Origin: an uncultured delta proteobacterium
Lineage (GTDB): Bacteria; Desulfobacterota; Desulfomonilia; UBA1062
Reading direction: 5' to 3'
Length of the DNA stretch: 64,000 nucleotides
NCBI GenBank assembly: GCA_963785235.1
Contig: CAWAUM010000001.1
Location: 768,001-832,000, forward strand
The notes under the pieces are model-generated. The model was given only the letters and a program-made list of their open reading frames with translations, had not been told where the DNA came from and made no database searches. A program made the position numbers and the translations under genes. Shown piece after piece: positions 1-10,041 of this stretch (positions are counted from its first letter, which is position 1; every line of letters begins with the position of its first letter).

Positions 1-21
1 AGAACCCTTCTTCATAGTCAT
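1..21 (-). CDS. 5' start of a gene running off the left edge (MTMKKGS...)
   Basis: ATG at 21 preceded by AGGAG RBS on the minus strand; only 7 codons visible. Confidence 0.35.
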
Positions 22-491
22 AATCTCCTATCCTTTTTTATTTCTGCCGATTTTATTCAGCAGGTGGTGTTACATCATACCTCTTGAATCACTTTTCCCT
101 GTCATGCACATCCTGGTGATCTTTATATCCGCTCCATCCTGCAATTTGCCCTTAGTGCAGGTCAGCTTTCATGTACCGCTATTACCGAGTTTTTCTGTGC
201 CATGTCAACAGCAACGAGCATAAGGGGATATTTGTATGGTGCATGCACGAAGACAGGTGCACCTGCATCTGCTCTCGATGCATGTTTCGTTGATGCGCTT
301 CTTCTTGTAGAGTAAGTCTTTCTCTTCCATTGTATTAGTGCATTCCATGCTGCTTTTTTCTTGCATAAACCAGAATAAGTTATTTGTCTACCCCTTTTTA
401 GCCCTTCTCGCCCACATAAACTCATGTCTAAGTGCTTTCTACTTTTTTCATAATACCAATGCCATCAAAACACAAATAGTAAGAGGGGCTT

Positions 492-1031
492 TTACTCCGT
501 AAGGATGAATTCGTCCCTGCGGTTTTTTGCCCAGGCTTCTTCATTATTGCCTGGATCAGCGGGTTTTTCTTTACCATAGCTGATAGTTGTCAGGCGAGCC
601 GCATCGATTCCTTGTGCTGTGAGATAATCGAGCGCCGCTTTTGCCCTCCGGTCTCCAAGGGCAAGGTTGTACTCCGTAGTGCCCCTTTCATCGCAATTGC
701 CTTCGATCTTCACTTTGATCTCTTTGTTGGTCTTCAGAAGTGCTGCAAGCTCATTAAGGGCCTCAGTAGACTCTGGCGTTAGGTCAAACTTGTCAAAGCC
801 AAAGTATATCTTTTTGTCAAAGCCGGTAACAATGGCAGGAGCCTGGGCCGTTGCTGCATCAGCCGGCGTAGTGCCTGCCATCTTCATGTCCTGTCCGGTC
901 TCTGCAGGAGCGGTTTTCTGCGGCGGTACAACTTCCTGGGCCTGATCGGCTGCCTTCTTAGCACAACCAGTTGCCATAAGTGCAACAAACAAACACATCA
1001 TAACCGAACATACAAACAATCTTTTCTTCAT
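492..1031 (-). CDS. pal: Peptidoglycan-associated lipoprotein
   Basis: Lipobox MATGC; OmpA-like C-terminus IYFGFDK...IEGNCDERGTTEYNLALGDRRA...NRRDEF. Confidence 0.93.
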   Translation of the reverse strand: MKKRLFVCSVMMCLFVALMATGCAKKAADQAQEVVPPQKTAPAETGQDMKMAGTTPADAATAQAPAIVTGFDKKIYFGFDKFDLTPESTEALNELAALLKTNKEIKVKIEGNCDERGTTEYNLALGDRRAKAALDYLTAQGIDAARLTTISYGKEKPADPGNNEEAWAKNRRDEFILTE

Positions 1032-1231
1032 GACCTCTCCTTTTAGCCTATAACCCAGTGATGTTTGGATTTGGCTGACTTCATACTCTTTCGGTGAAAA
1101 AAAACAAGGATAAATTAAGACCCTCGGGGAAGGATATGGAATAGATCGGCCAAGCTACGGTTACCATGGACTTATTCCTTATGGTTTCTTCGCATTAATT
1201 ATAATATCAAGCTGTTTTGATGAAACTTCTT

Positions 1232-2254
1232 TTATGCTGCCGTAGCGATGGGACGACGGTCCTTGAGCTGGTGTGATCCCACTATCTTCAAGAAGCGCTC
1301 GATGATCTTGTCTTTTATATCCTTGCGCCCTTCCGGCAATAATCCCGACAGGTTCACCCTGCCGCCTGCTACCTTTTCATGTCCACCACCTGTGCCGAGG
1401 CCGCGTAAGACCCTCAGCACAACCCTGCCTGCCCACCTGCCTTTCCTGGTCGTGCGAGCCGACAGCACAAGTTCGTCGCGGTATTCGCCAATGCACAGGC
1501 TCCAATGGATATTCTCCATCCGAAGGAGAAAGTCGGCCATTTCCGCCGCAATGTCGGGATTGTGCAGCCTGCCCATCTGGGAGATGATCACATCTCCGTA
1601 CTGGATGGAGTTGTTGATGCCGTCTGCGAACTTCAGAAAGTAGGACTTGGGGATGCGGGGGTTCTCTATTGATGCAAGGGTCTTGGGGGCGATCTTGGGG
1701 AAGAGGTAGTTGAAAGCCTCCAGGTCCGACTTGTTTGTCGAGCGCAGCAGGCCGTTGGTATCTGTCTTCAGTCCATAGAACAGGGCCGTGGCGTGCATCT
1801 TGTCCATGTGGAGATCGAGCTCGCGCAGATATTCCGTTATGATGGTGGAAGTGCTCCCATAATGCGGGCGCACGTCTATGAATGGGCACTTGCGGGTGGT
1901 ATTCCTTAATGGGTGGTGATCGATTACGACATCCGGGATGATATCCTTGGGCATTGAGTTATTGCCGGTGCCCGGCTGGGTATCCACCATGCAGATCACC
2001 GAGTAATCCCTGAAGTCTATCTCGCGGATGGGGATCATGTCGATCTTCAGCCTGCGGGAGAGTTGGCGGTTTTCCGCTCTGCCGATGACTCCCCCGTAGC
2101 AGATGGTAACCTTCGGTCTGGATGTATGGATGAATAAGCTCTTGAGCGCTGCCGCGGATGCAATGGTGTCCGGATCGGGATTGTTGTGACAGACAATGAG
2201 AATACGCCTTTTCAGGCCAACAAGTGATATAAGACTATGTGCAGGTTTTTCCAT
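1232..2254 (-). CDS. DHH/DHHA1 family phosphoesterase (NrnA-like)
   Basis: Motifs HNNPDPD, VDTQ, IDHH, DT, GGGH; start taken at MEKPAH because the longer ORF overlaps corA. Confidence 0.88.
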   Translation of the reverse strand: MEKPAHSLISLVGLKRRILIVCHNNPDPDTIASAAALKSLFIHTSRPKVTICYGGVIGRAENRQLSRRLKIDMIPIREIDFRDYSVICMVDTQPGTGNNSMPKDIIPDVVIDHHPLRNTTRKCPFIDVRPHYGSTSTIITEYLRELDLHMDKMHATALFYGLKTDTNGLLRSTNKSDLEAFNYLFPKIAPKTLASIENPRIPKSYFLKFADGINNSIQYGDVIISQMGRLHNPDIAAEMADFLLRMENIHWSLCIGEYRDELVLSARTTRKGRWAGRVVLRVLRGLGTGGGHEKVAGGRVNLSGLLPEGRKDIKDKIIERFLKIVGSHQLKDRRPIATAA

Positions 2255-2325
2255 GATGCATTCTTTCATCTGTGGCAGCCACTTATCAGAAAAAAAACGA
2301 ACATGCAAATATATTGGTATGCACC

Positions 2326-3390
2326 TCAGATCCAGCGCCGTTTCCTGAAATAACGTACCATGATTATCACGACTGATATCATGAACACCCAGAGGGCAGG
2401 ATAGCTCCAATACCATTTGAGCTCGGGCATGAATTCGAAGTTCATACCATAGATCCCTACGATGAAGGTCAGCGGGATGAATATGGTGGAGAAGACGGTC
2501 AGAACCTTCATCACCTCGTTCAGGCGGTTGCTCAGACTCGATAAATAGGTGTCGCGCATGCCGGAGATGATATCCCTGAAAAGCTCGCATGTATCAAAGA
2601 CCTGGATCGTGTGGTCATAGACATCCCTGAAGTAGATGGTGGTGCCCTGGGCGATCAGGTCGGTGTCGCCCCGCTCGAGGAAACCGATCACGTCCCGCAG
2701 CGGCCAGATGGTCCTGCGGAGAAAGAGCAGTTCATTTTTAAGGCTATGAATATCTTTCATGATCTCATTGGTTGGGTTGATCACAAGCTGCTCCTCTGTG
2801 GATTCTATATGCTCTCCGATCTGTTCGAGGACCACATAGTAGTGGTCCACAATGGCGTCCATGAGGGTGTAGGCGAGGTAGTCGGCTCCCATTGCCCTGG
2901 TCTTGCCCTTTGCCGTACGGATGCGCTCGCGAACCGGGTCGAACACGTCACGCCCTCCCTCCTGAAAGGTGAGGACGAAATGCTCCCCTAAGATGAGACT
3001 CACCTGTTCATAAATGATCCTGCTGCTGTCCTTGTCCGGGTAGAGCATCTTGATGGATGTGAACAGGTAGTTGCCGTGATCTTCGATCTTGGGTCTATGG
3101 TTGGTGTCGAGGATGTCCTCGATAATGAGCGGATGAAGCCCGAAATGTTCACCGATCTTCTGGATGATATCGGTCTGGAACAGGCCCGACACGTTTATCC
3201 AGCATATGGTGGAAGGATCCACCCAGTTCAGGATTTCCTCGGCGCTCGGGGAAGACACCTCTCTGAGGGATGAGACGTTATATGAAAAAAGCTGGATATC
3301 CGTCTGTTCGACTTTTTTTTCACCTACATGGATGAATGTCCCGGGTGGCAGCCCTGCCTTTTTAGACTGTGGAAAATTGTACTTGGCCAT
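2326..3390 (-). CDS. corA: Magnesium/cobalt transporter CorA
   Basis: GLPPGT N-terminus, HPLIIEDI, YGMNFEFMPEL signature, two C-terminal TM helices. Confidence 0.96.
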   Translation of the reverse strand: MAKYNFPQSKKAGLPPGTFIHVGEKKVEQTDIQLFSYNVSSLREVSSPSAEEILNWVDPSTICWINVSGLFQTDIIQKIGEHFGLHPLIIEDILDTNHRPKIEDHGNYLFTSIKMLYPDKDSSRIIYEQVSLILGEHFVLTFQEGGRDVFDPVRERIRTAKGKTRAMGADYLAYTLMDAIVDHYYVVLEQIGEHIESTEEQLVINPTNEIMKDIHSLKNELLFLRRTIWPLRDVIGFLERGDTDLIAQGTTIYFRDVYDHTIQVFDTCELFRDIISGMRDTYLSSLSNRLNEVMKVLTVFSTIFIPLTFIVGIYGMNFEFMPELKWYWSYPALWVFMISVVIIMVRYFRKRRWI

Positions 3391-3547
3391 CACACAAACC
3401 TCCCTTCAATCAATCCCGTCCGGACAATGATATCATACACACAAAGGAGATAAGGCCAACGCCGCTTTATGAGAATGAGAGGTTAATACTGATTTTAAAC
3501 TTACCAGGATTTTGCGTTTGAATCGTGCCAAGAATAGCTGCATGCAC

Positions 3548-3735
3548 ATTGCGCGGCTTTAAGCATTGAAACTTATAGCGACCATTGTATGGTTTTTAAA
3601 AAAATAAGTCCGTTCAAAAACTCAATCTTGCAGCCTTGAAGGCCCGATAAAATCAGCATTCCACAAAGGCTGCAAGATGGAGTTTTTGAACGGATCAGGT
3701 TTTTACGCCTCTCAAATCGCAAGGATCCGGGATTA
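3548..3735. repeat. Dispersed ~185-bp element copy 1, containing an 86-bp hairpin (3609-3694)
   Basis: Arms TCCGTTCAAAAACTCAATCTTGCAGCCTT / AAGGCTGCAAGATGGAGTTTTTGAACGGA; flanks homologous to 5595-5780, 16781-16881 and 55892-56077. Confidence 0.85.
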
Positions 3736-3772
3736 ACTAAAATCAGCGCATTTACTCATGCCTACTGATCTC

Positions 3773-5356
3773 TCAGCCGGCCATCCTGCGGCGCTGCTCG
3801 GGTTTGGCGATGCTGATGAGCGCTCTGCCGCGCTTGTGGCTGAATTGTCTCTGGATCACATCGGCCTCGGCCTGGGGCACGCTGATAAAGGTGAAGTCGT
3901 CTTTGATCTCGATGTTGCTCACGAGCTTTTCCTTTACCCCGGTTTGCTCCCGGATGAAGCGCAGGATGTTCTGGGGTGTCATGCCGTGTTTGCGTCCGCG
4001 TGCCACAAAGAGCCGTGTGTGTGGCTTTGTATCTGTATGTGCCACGGTGCGGATCTCTTTATAGGACTTGGGGTCCAGCTCATCGGCAAAGGTATTGCGA
4101 AGGCAGGCTGCCAAGATGGTTGCAGGGTCTCCTGTCTCCAGAAGCTCCGCTGCCAGCAGTGCATATGGTCCAAGGTCTTCTTCGTTCATGACCTTGATTA
4201 CCTCATCCTTGATCCTGGAGCGCTTGAGTTCAATGATATCCCTTACACCTGGTATATCACCCTTACGCATGCCGGAACCCGACGTACGGCGGATCAGGTC
4301 CAGGGCACGCTGTTCCTGCGGGGTTACCAGGGTGATGGCTATACCTTTTTTGCCGGCCCGGCCTGTGCGGCCGATACGGTGGACATAGGCATCCGGGTCC
4401 TGGGGCAGGGCGTAGTTAATGACGTGCGACAGGTTGTTGATATCGATCCCCCTGGCAGCCACATCAGTGGCAACCAGGATGGTTATAGCCTTGTCACGAA
4501 ACCGCCGCATGATCTGCTCCCGATCTCGCTGGTCGATCTCACCGTGAATGCCTGATGCATCATAACCGGCAGAAACCAGTTTTTCGGCTATCTCAGCTGT
4601 CTCAACGCGGGTCCGGCAGAAGACCAGGCCATAGAACTCGGGCTCTACATCGATGATGCGGCACAGAGCATCGAACTTGTCGGGCTGACGGACGTGTATG
4701 AAGATCTGGTCCGTTAGCTGCTGAGTCTTCTTGGAGGGGTTCGTGGCAATGGTTTCATAGTTGCGCATGTGGCGTTTGGCAATGGCTATCACTTCCCGGG
4801 GCATGGTAGCGGAGAAGAGCATGGTGCGGCGCCCAGCCGGTGTTTTTTCAAGAATGGCCTTGATGTCATCGATGAACCCCATATCAAGCATTTCATCGGC
4901 CTCATCGAGCACCAGGTGCGTCACCTTGTCCAGGCGCAGTGTCCCCTTTTCCAGATGATCGAGGATACGTCCCGTGGTGCCTACCACGATATCCGCCTTT
5001 TTCAGGGCGCTGCGCTGCGGGCCGAAGGGTTGGCCTCCGTACACGGCTACGATCTCGATCTTCTTTTTTCCCTGGAACGATTTGATCTCGCCGGCTACCT
5101 GGAGGGCAAGCTCTCTGGTGGGTACCAGGATGAGGGCCTTGACCTTCCCGTCGGGTGCTTCAATCCCTTCGATGATGGGGATGGCAAAGGCGGCTGTCTT
5201 GCCGGTACCCGTCTCGGCCTGGGCGACCACGTCGCGGTCTTCGTTCAGGAGAAACGGGATTATAGCCTTCTGGATAGGTGTGGGCTCGGTGAAGCCTTTG
5301 TTGGTAAGTGTCTTGAGCATGGCCTCCGACAGGCCGAGGTCTTTGAATTGTTCCAA
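3773..5356 (-). CDS. DEAD-box RNA helicase with C-terminal DbpA-type RNA-binding domain (DeaD/CshA-like)
   Basis: AETGTGKT, PTRELA, DEAD, SAT, ARGID, HRIGRTGR motifs; TTG start with AAGGAG RBS. Confidence 0.95.
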   Translation of the reverse strand: MEQFKDLGLSEAMLKTLTNKGFTEPTPIQKAIIPFLLNEDRDVVAQAETGTGKTAAFAIPIIEGIEAPDGKVKALILVPTRELALQVAGEIKSFQGKKKIEIVAVYGGQPFGPQRSALKKADIVVGTTGRILDHLEKGTLRLDKVTHLVLDEADEMLDMGFIDDIKAILEKTPAGRRTMLFSATMPREVIAIAKRHMRNYETIATNPSKKTQQLTDQIFIHVRQPDKFDALCRIIDVEPEFYGLVFCRTRVETAEIAEKLVSAGYDASGIHGEIDQRDREQIMRRFRDKAITILVATDVAARGIDINNLSHVINYALPQDPDAYVHRIGRTGRAGKKGIAITLVTPQEQRALDLIRRTSGSGMRKGDIPGVRDIIELKRSRIKDEVIKVMNEEDLGPYALLAAELLETGDPATILAACLRNTFADELDPKSYKEIRTVAHTDTKPHTRLFVARGRKHGMTPQNILRFIREQTGVKEKLVSNIEIKDDFTFISVPQAEADVIQRQFSHKRGRALISIAKPEQRRRMAG

Positions 5357-5594
5357 GCTGAAACTCCTTTGTTTGTTGTAGTAAACATCTCGCAGGCACA
5401 CAAAGGCTAAGCAAGAGATACCTTTGAAGGTGGTGCAAAGATTTATCTGTGAGCGCCTTATAGCCTATTTTCCAAAGAAAGCCAGTAAAAAATTCAATTA
5501 TAATGAAAACAGATGAAAGAATCGGCAAAATGTTCCAGGCAGTAGACCTCAAGTGAACCCGGCTTTTGCGTTTGGATGTACCCATACTTGCTTC

Positions 5595-5780
5595 ATGCAT
5601 TTGGTGGGTTTAAGCATAACACTCATAGTGATCATGGAATTGTTTTAAAAAATAGGTCCGTTAAAAACCTCATCTTGCAGCCTTAAAGGACCGAGAAAAT
5701 TAGCATTCCGCAAAGGCTGCAAGATTGAAGGTTTTTAACGGATCAAGTTTTTATTACTCATCTTAAATGCAAAATCTACG
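5595..5780. repeat. Dispersed element copy 2 with hairpin 5657-5742
   Basis: TCCGTTAAAAACCTCATCTTGCAGCCTT...AAGGCTGCAAGATTGAAGGTTTTTAACGGA plus conserved flanks. Confidence 0.88.
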
Positions 5781-5814
5781 GATGAATCCTTGACCGGCAC
5801 CGGAAACCAGCTGC

Positions 5815-7341
5815 CTAAGATCTGTTTTTTATGAAGAACGGTGCATGATTCGACGTAAAGTACGGCGGGTCTCGCCTGATGATGCGGGAGATAACCGGGT
5901 GCCGTTTGAATTCTTTGTCCAGGAACTGCCTCACCTGGTTCCTGTCCCATCCCTTTGGATGGATGAAGCCCTGGTAGAGCGAGAGGTCGCCGTCAAAGAA
6001 ATCGTATGTTTGCAGATTGTCTATATCCGGTCCCCCCCGGGGGAGGTTGAAGATGGAGATATTGAGGAAGTCAATGGATCCGGCGTGCCTCGTTACATAA
6101 TCAAGGGTTTTGCGTGCGCATACCTCGTCTTCCACAGGGGTGCCGAACAGCAGGTACACGTACGTGGCAATGCCTGCATCATGGAGTGCGGCAAGGGCAC
6201 TGGCTGATTCGTCAAGGTTGATACCCTTGCCGAGTCCGTCAAGGATTTCCTGGTCACCTGACTCCAATCCGAGTTGGAGCATTATGCATCCGGATTTCCT
6301 GAGCGCCAGGCAGAAGTCCTTATCGGTCAAGTGATGCGTGATCCTGGCGAATCCGTACCAGGGCACGCCTGAATCATAATCAGTCATAGCCGTGAGCAGG
6401 CTGGGGCTCAAGGCATTATCCGTTATATGAATAAGGACCGGTGAATTTAATTGTGCCAATGCGCCAAGTTCTGTTGGAACAAGCCTTGCCGGGGTACAGG
6501 AATATGGGTTGCCCTCGGCCTTTTCAGGGCAAAAGGAGCACTTGCTCCAGTAACAGCCCGTGGATGTGCTGAAAGGGAGTACCCTTCCCGGAGAGAGGTA
6601 TCCGTTATGCCAGAACTCCGAGTAATCCGGCAGGGTATATCCCTCACAGCCTTCAAGGCCTGCAAGTGCCAGGATACGTTCTTCCCCCGGGCCTTCCACC
6701 AGTTCATCCACAAGTCCTTGAAAAGGGTCATGCCAGTCCGGTCTCTTCATCCATGAGGTGATGAGACCGCCACCGAGGATAATTTTCACGGTTTTGGTGA
6801 ATTGCCTGAGAAGGCCTATCATTGCAAAGGTGGTAAGGGCCTGGCTCAGATAGTTGAGTGAGAAGCCCACTATGCGAGGGTTATGTTCTTCCATGATGGA
6901 GGAAAGCCGCTGCCTGAAATATGGGTAGAACACATTCTCCTGCGGGTGTTCAGCTGAATGAATCAGGTCGGCGCTCCTGACCGGTGAGAGGGTTTCATGC
7001 TGAAAGTTCGTAAGGTTCACTTGTGTTGCACAGGCCTGTGAATTGACCTCAAGGATGCGGCTTATCTCCCTGACCGCCTTTGTATAGCGGCTGATGTTTT
7101 CAAATGCCGTGGCGTTTTTCAGGGAGGCCAGGTTCTCATCAAGGTGTAATGATGCCCGCCTGGTCCATGTATCCTCTATTATTGTTCCTTTTCTGTTGAG
7201 AAGGAACATAAGCCCTTCCATGTTCGCATCGATGATCAGGCACTGCCTGCCATGCGACTTCAAGGCTCCTGAGAGCTTTGCCAAGCCGGCAGGGGGTTCG
7301 CTCGGCCTTGATACAGGCGGGTGGATGAGCACAAGGTCCAT
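5815..7341 (-). CDS. B12-binding-domain radical SAM protein
   Basis: LIHPP...PPAGLA N-terminus, ILGG, CYWSKCSFC (CxxxCxxC), GLESG. Confidence 0.88.
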   Translation of the reverse strand: MDLVLIHPPVSRPSEPPAGLAKLSGALKSHGRQCLIIDANMEGLMFLLNRKGTIIEDTWTRRASLHLDENLASLKNATAFENISRYTKAVREISRILEVNSQACATQVNLTNFQHETLSPVRSADLIHSAEHPQENVFYPYFRQRLSSIMEEHNPRIVGFSLNYLSQALTTFAMIGLLRQFTKTVKIILGGGLITSWMKRPDWHDPFQGLVDELVEGPGEERILALAGLEGCEGYTLPDYSEFWHNGYLSPGRVLPFSTSTGCYWSKCSFCPEKAEGNPYSCTPARLVPTELGALAQLNSPVLIHITDNALSPSLLTAMTDYDSGVPWYGFARITHHLTDKDFCLALRKSGCIMLQLGLESGDQEILDGLGKGINLDESASALAALHDAGIATYVYLLFGTPVEDEVCARKTLDYVTRHAGSIDFLNISIFNLPRGGPDIDNLQTYDFFDGDLSLYQGFIHPKGWDRNQVRQFLDKEFKRHPVISRIIRRDPPYFTSNHAPFFIKNRS

Positions 7342-7464
7342 GATTGTCCTTGAAGCAGCTTGTCCCCAGGTTGTCAATCGTGGGATCGGAACCGATATGG
7401 ACTTTTATGTGGTTTCTTCTCATATATTCTTTATAATAAGAAGTCATAAAGGAAGGGACCATTG

Positions 7465-8298
7465 ATGGCGTGTATGGTTTATAAAAATAAGGGCTTCCTG
7501 GTATACTTGGTGTTCAGTGTCCTTCTTGCCCTGGCAGGTTGTTCTTCTTCAGGGTCGAGTGAAAACTCCTATAATGTCGATACAGGGCAAGATCCAATGG
7601 CCCTGAACTTTGTAACACTCTATTCCACCGTGTCCTCCATCACCGTCCATGTGGCCTATGAATTCGATGCAGCGCCGTTTACCGGGGCTTTCCCGGACGG
7701 CAGTCAATACTGGTCGGTGCTCGAGAATAATTTACATGCAATCTTCCTCGGCCGCATCATCGAACCTGAGCTCTCTGTCCCCCGGGATCTTGCCGGTATG
7801 GAGCAGATTCCGGATCAAAACCAGACATCCTGGACCACGGTTCAAGTATTCAATCTAGCGAAGAGCACATGGGACACCCCCCAGACATCGACCTCGGCTG
7901 AGTTCTATGTGCTGTTCTTGAATGGATACTTCAGTGACAAGGATGAGGTGAACAAGCAGGTAATCGGCATCTCAATTGTCGGGACCCCGGTTATTGCCGT
8001 TTTTAAAGATGCCATCAGGGAGTCCGGCTACACGGCCTTTTTTTACCGGATTATGGAGCAGACGACCCTTGTCCATGAGTTCGGGCATGCCGTGGGTCTG
8101 GTGAATAACGGTTTGCCCATGGTCTTTGACCACGAAGATACTGAACATATAAACCACTGCACGAATGAAGAGTGTGTCATGTATTGGCAGAATGACGGCA
8201 CCAGTCTCAATTTTTTTATTCAAAGAATTGTTAACTCTCCATCTGATGTCATATTCGGCCCGGAATGCCTGGATGATGCAAGCAGCTTTATGCCGTAG
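7465..8298 (+). CDS. Lipoprotein, zincin-like metallopeptidase
   Basis: Lipobox LALAGC; HEFGHAVGL motif followed by HC...CVMYW Met-turn-like segment. Confidence 0.75.
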   Translation: MACMVYKNKGFLVYLVFSVLLALAGCSSSGSSENSYNVDTGQDPMALNFVTLYSTVSSITVHVAYEFDAAPFTGAFPDGSQYWSVLENNLHAIFLGRIIEPELSVPRDLAGMEQIPDQNQTSWTTVQVFNLAKSTWDTPQTSTSAEFYVLFLNGYFSDKDEVNKQVIGISIVGTPVIAVFKDAIRESGYTAFFYRIMEQTTLVHEFGHAVGLVNNGLPMVFDHEDTEHINHCTNEECVMYWQNDGTSLNFFIQRIVNSPSDVIFGPECLDDASSFMP

Positions 8299-8343
8299 GC
8301 CACATGAAGTATTAATAAATTCTATCAATTGCAGAACCTGGGA

Positions 8344-10035
8344 TTAATCAGGCCTGTTCCCTTGCAGTAGTTCCCAGTCCCTGATGGTTCTATATGCATC
8401 TTGGTGGGACAAGGCTGAACTGAGCATCTCCATGAGCTGCCTGTCCTGTGCGGCTTTACTGGCAAGGGCAAGGATCCGGATCTGTAAATCAGGATCTTCC
8501 ATGGGTGAAAGGATGAGGAAGACACCCTCAATGGGCTTATCCGTCTTTAAGTCGGATACCCCTTTGTGGGTGAGCCCGAGCACGAGACATGCCCGTTCGA
8601 GACCCTCTATCCTTGCATGGGGGAAGGCAACCCCTTCGTTGAAAAAGGTTGATCCCTGGTTTTCTCTTTCCAGGATGGCAGAAAGGTATTTCAGGCTTTG
8701 ATGACCATGGTTTGTGCATTGTGAGGCAATCTCAGTGAGCCTTTGCAGCAGAACATCCCGAGGAACCGGTTCTTTCCAGATTACGATACCCTCCTGTGCT
8801 AAAAAACTGCTTAATGTCATCCGGCCTTTGTCTTGATAAGGATCATAAGAAGATGCCGGCCTCTGAAATGCAGCATTAGCATCAAATGAAGCAGCGGTTA
8901 CCTGCTTGGATGTCTTGGTATCCAGAACAACGAGCGTGACCCCTCGTGCCTGGCTGATAAGGCTTTCTGCGATGCTCTTTTTGCCAAAAAGCCTTTTCCA
9001 TAGAGGAATTGTATTGGGACTGCCAATGATGATGTGGCCGACCCGATATTCTTTGGCAAACTGAAGGATTGTACTGACGATGTCCTCGCCCTTGAAGGTG
9101 AAGACTATTGCACCGAGCTGCTTGGCAAGGGTGAGTGTGTCGGAGAGCAGGCGTTGAATTCCGGCATCGATAACCGTAGGTTCTTCCGATGGTGTCTGGA
9201 CATAAACTGCATACCAGTTCCGGTTAAGCCTTCCTGCCACCCGGGATGCATATCTCAGGAGTCTTTCGCTGTTAGGTCCCCTGGAACTGAGGCATACCAT
9301 GATCTGGTCAGGGGCTGAATCCATGTCTTCTTCCTGGTTGTCCCGGGATCGCAGGTCGATTTGTGAAGCCAGTTCGCGCAGTGTGAGTTCCCTAAGCTGA
9401 GTGAGGTTGGATTTCTTGAAGAAATTGGCAAAGGCCGTCTCTATGCGGTCTTTTGGATAGATCTTGCCCTCCATCAGCCGGTCGTTCAGGTCTTCGGTGG
9501 TAACATCGACATTCACTATCTGGTCTGCATCGCTCAAAACGGAATCAGGGAGTCGTTCCGTTACCTTTACCCCTGATGCCTTCTCAACGATATCGTAGAG
9601 GCTCTCCAGGTGCTGGATGTTCAGGGTCGTGATGACATGGATCCCCTGGGCGAGGATATCCTGGACATCCTGGTAGCGTTTGGGGTTCGGGCTCCCTGGA
9701 GCGTTCGTATGGGCAAGCTCGTCAATGAGCACGATATGGGGCCTGCGTTCGATAATGGCCTCAAGATCCATTTCTTCAAGGACGATACCTCGATATTCCC
9801 GGCGTCTCCTGGGGATTATATCCAGACCTTCCAGCAGGCTGGTTGTATCCGGCCGGCCATGAGTCTCCACCAGACCCACCACCACATCGATACCCTCGGC
9901 CTTCAGACGATGCGCCTCCTGGAGCATCGCATAGGTCTTCCCGACACCTGCTGCATACCCGAGGTATACCTTGAGGCGTCCCCGCTGGGAGAGGCGGATC
10001 ATCCGGAGAAAGTCATCGGTCCTGTCTTGTGCCAT
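8344..10035 (-). CDS. kdpD: Kinase-less KdpD: KdpD sensor domain + Usp domain + PTS EIIA domain
   Basis: GRLKVYLGYAAGVGKTYAML, VETHGR, DELAHTN; Usp region IMVCLSS...; EIIA motif ILERENQGSTFFNEGVAFPHAR; no TM helices or HisKA domain. Confidence 0.88.
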   Translation of the reverse strand: MAQDRTDDFLRMIRLSQRGRLKVYLGYAAGVGKTYAMLQEAHRLKAEGIDVVVGLVETHGRPDTTSLLEGLDIIPRRRREYRGIVLEEMDLEAIIERRPHIVLIDELAHTNAPGSPNPKRYQDVQDILAQGIHVITTLNIQHLESLYDIVEKASGVKVTERLPDSVLSDADQIVNVDVTTEDLNDRLMEGKIYPKDRIETAFANFFKKSNLTQLRELTLRELASQIDLRSRDNQEEDMDSAPDQIMVCLSSRGPNSERLLRYASRVAGRLNRNWYAVYVQTPSEEPTVIDAGIQRLLSDTLTLAKQLGAIVFTFKGEDIVSTILQFAKEYRVGHIIIGSPNTIPLWKRLFGKKSIAESLISQARGVTLVVLDTKTSKQVTAASFDANAAFQRPASSYDPYQDKGRMTLSSFLAQEGIVIWKEPVPRDVLLQRLTEIASQCTNHGHQSLKYLSAILERENQGSTFFNEGVAFPHARIEGLERACLVLGLTHKGVSDLKTDKPIEGVFLILSPMEDPDLQIRILALASKAAQDRQLMEMLSSALSHQDAYRTIRDWELLQGNRPD

Positions 10036-10041
10036 TTTGCC

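Noticed and set aside
162-425. 87-aa ORF downstream of pal
   Set aside because: No recognisable motif or clear RBS
3516-3530. sigma54 promoter upstream of corA
   Set aside because: TGGCAC is present but the -12 TTGC is missing
3609-3694. Hairpin repeats as integron attC sites
   Set aside because: The order is GTT...AAC, the reverse of attC (RYYYAAC...GTTRRRY); no intI in the window; copies are dispersed among core genes
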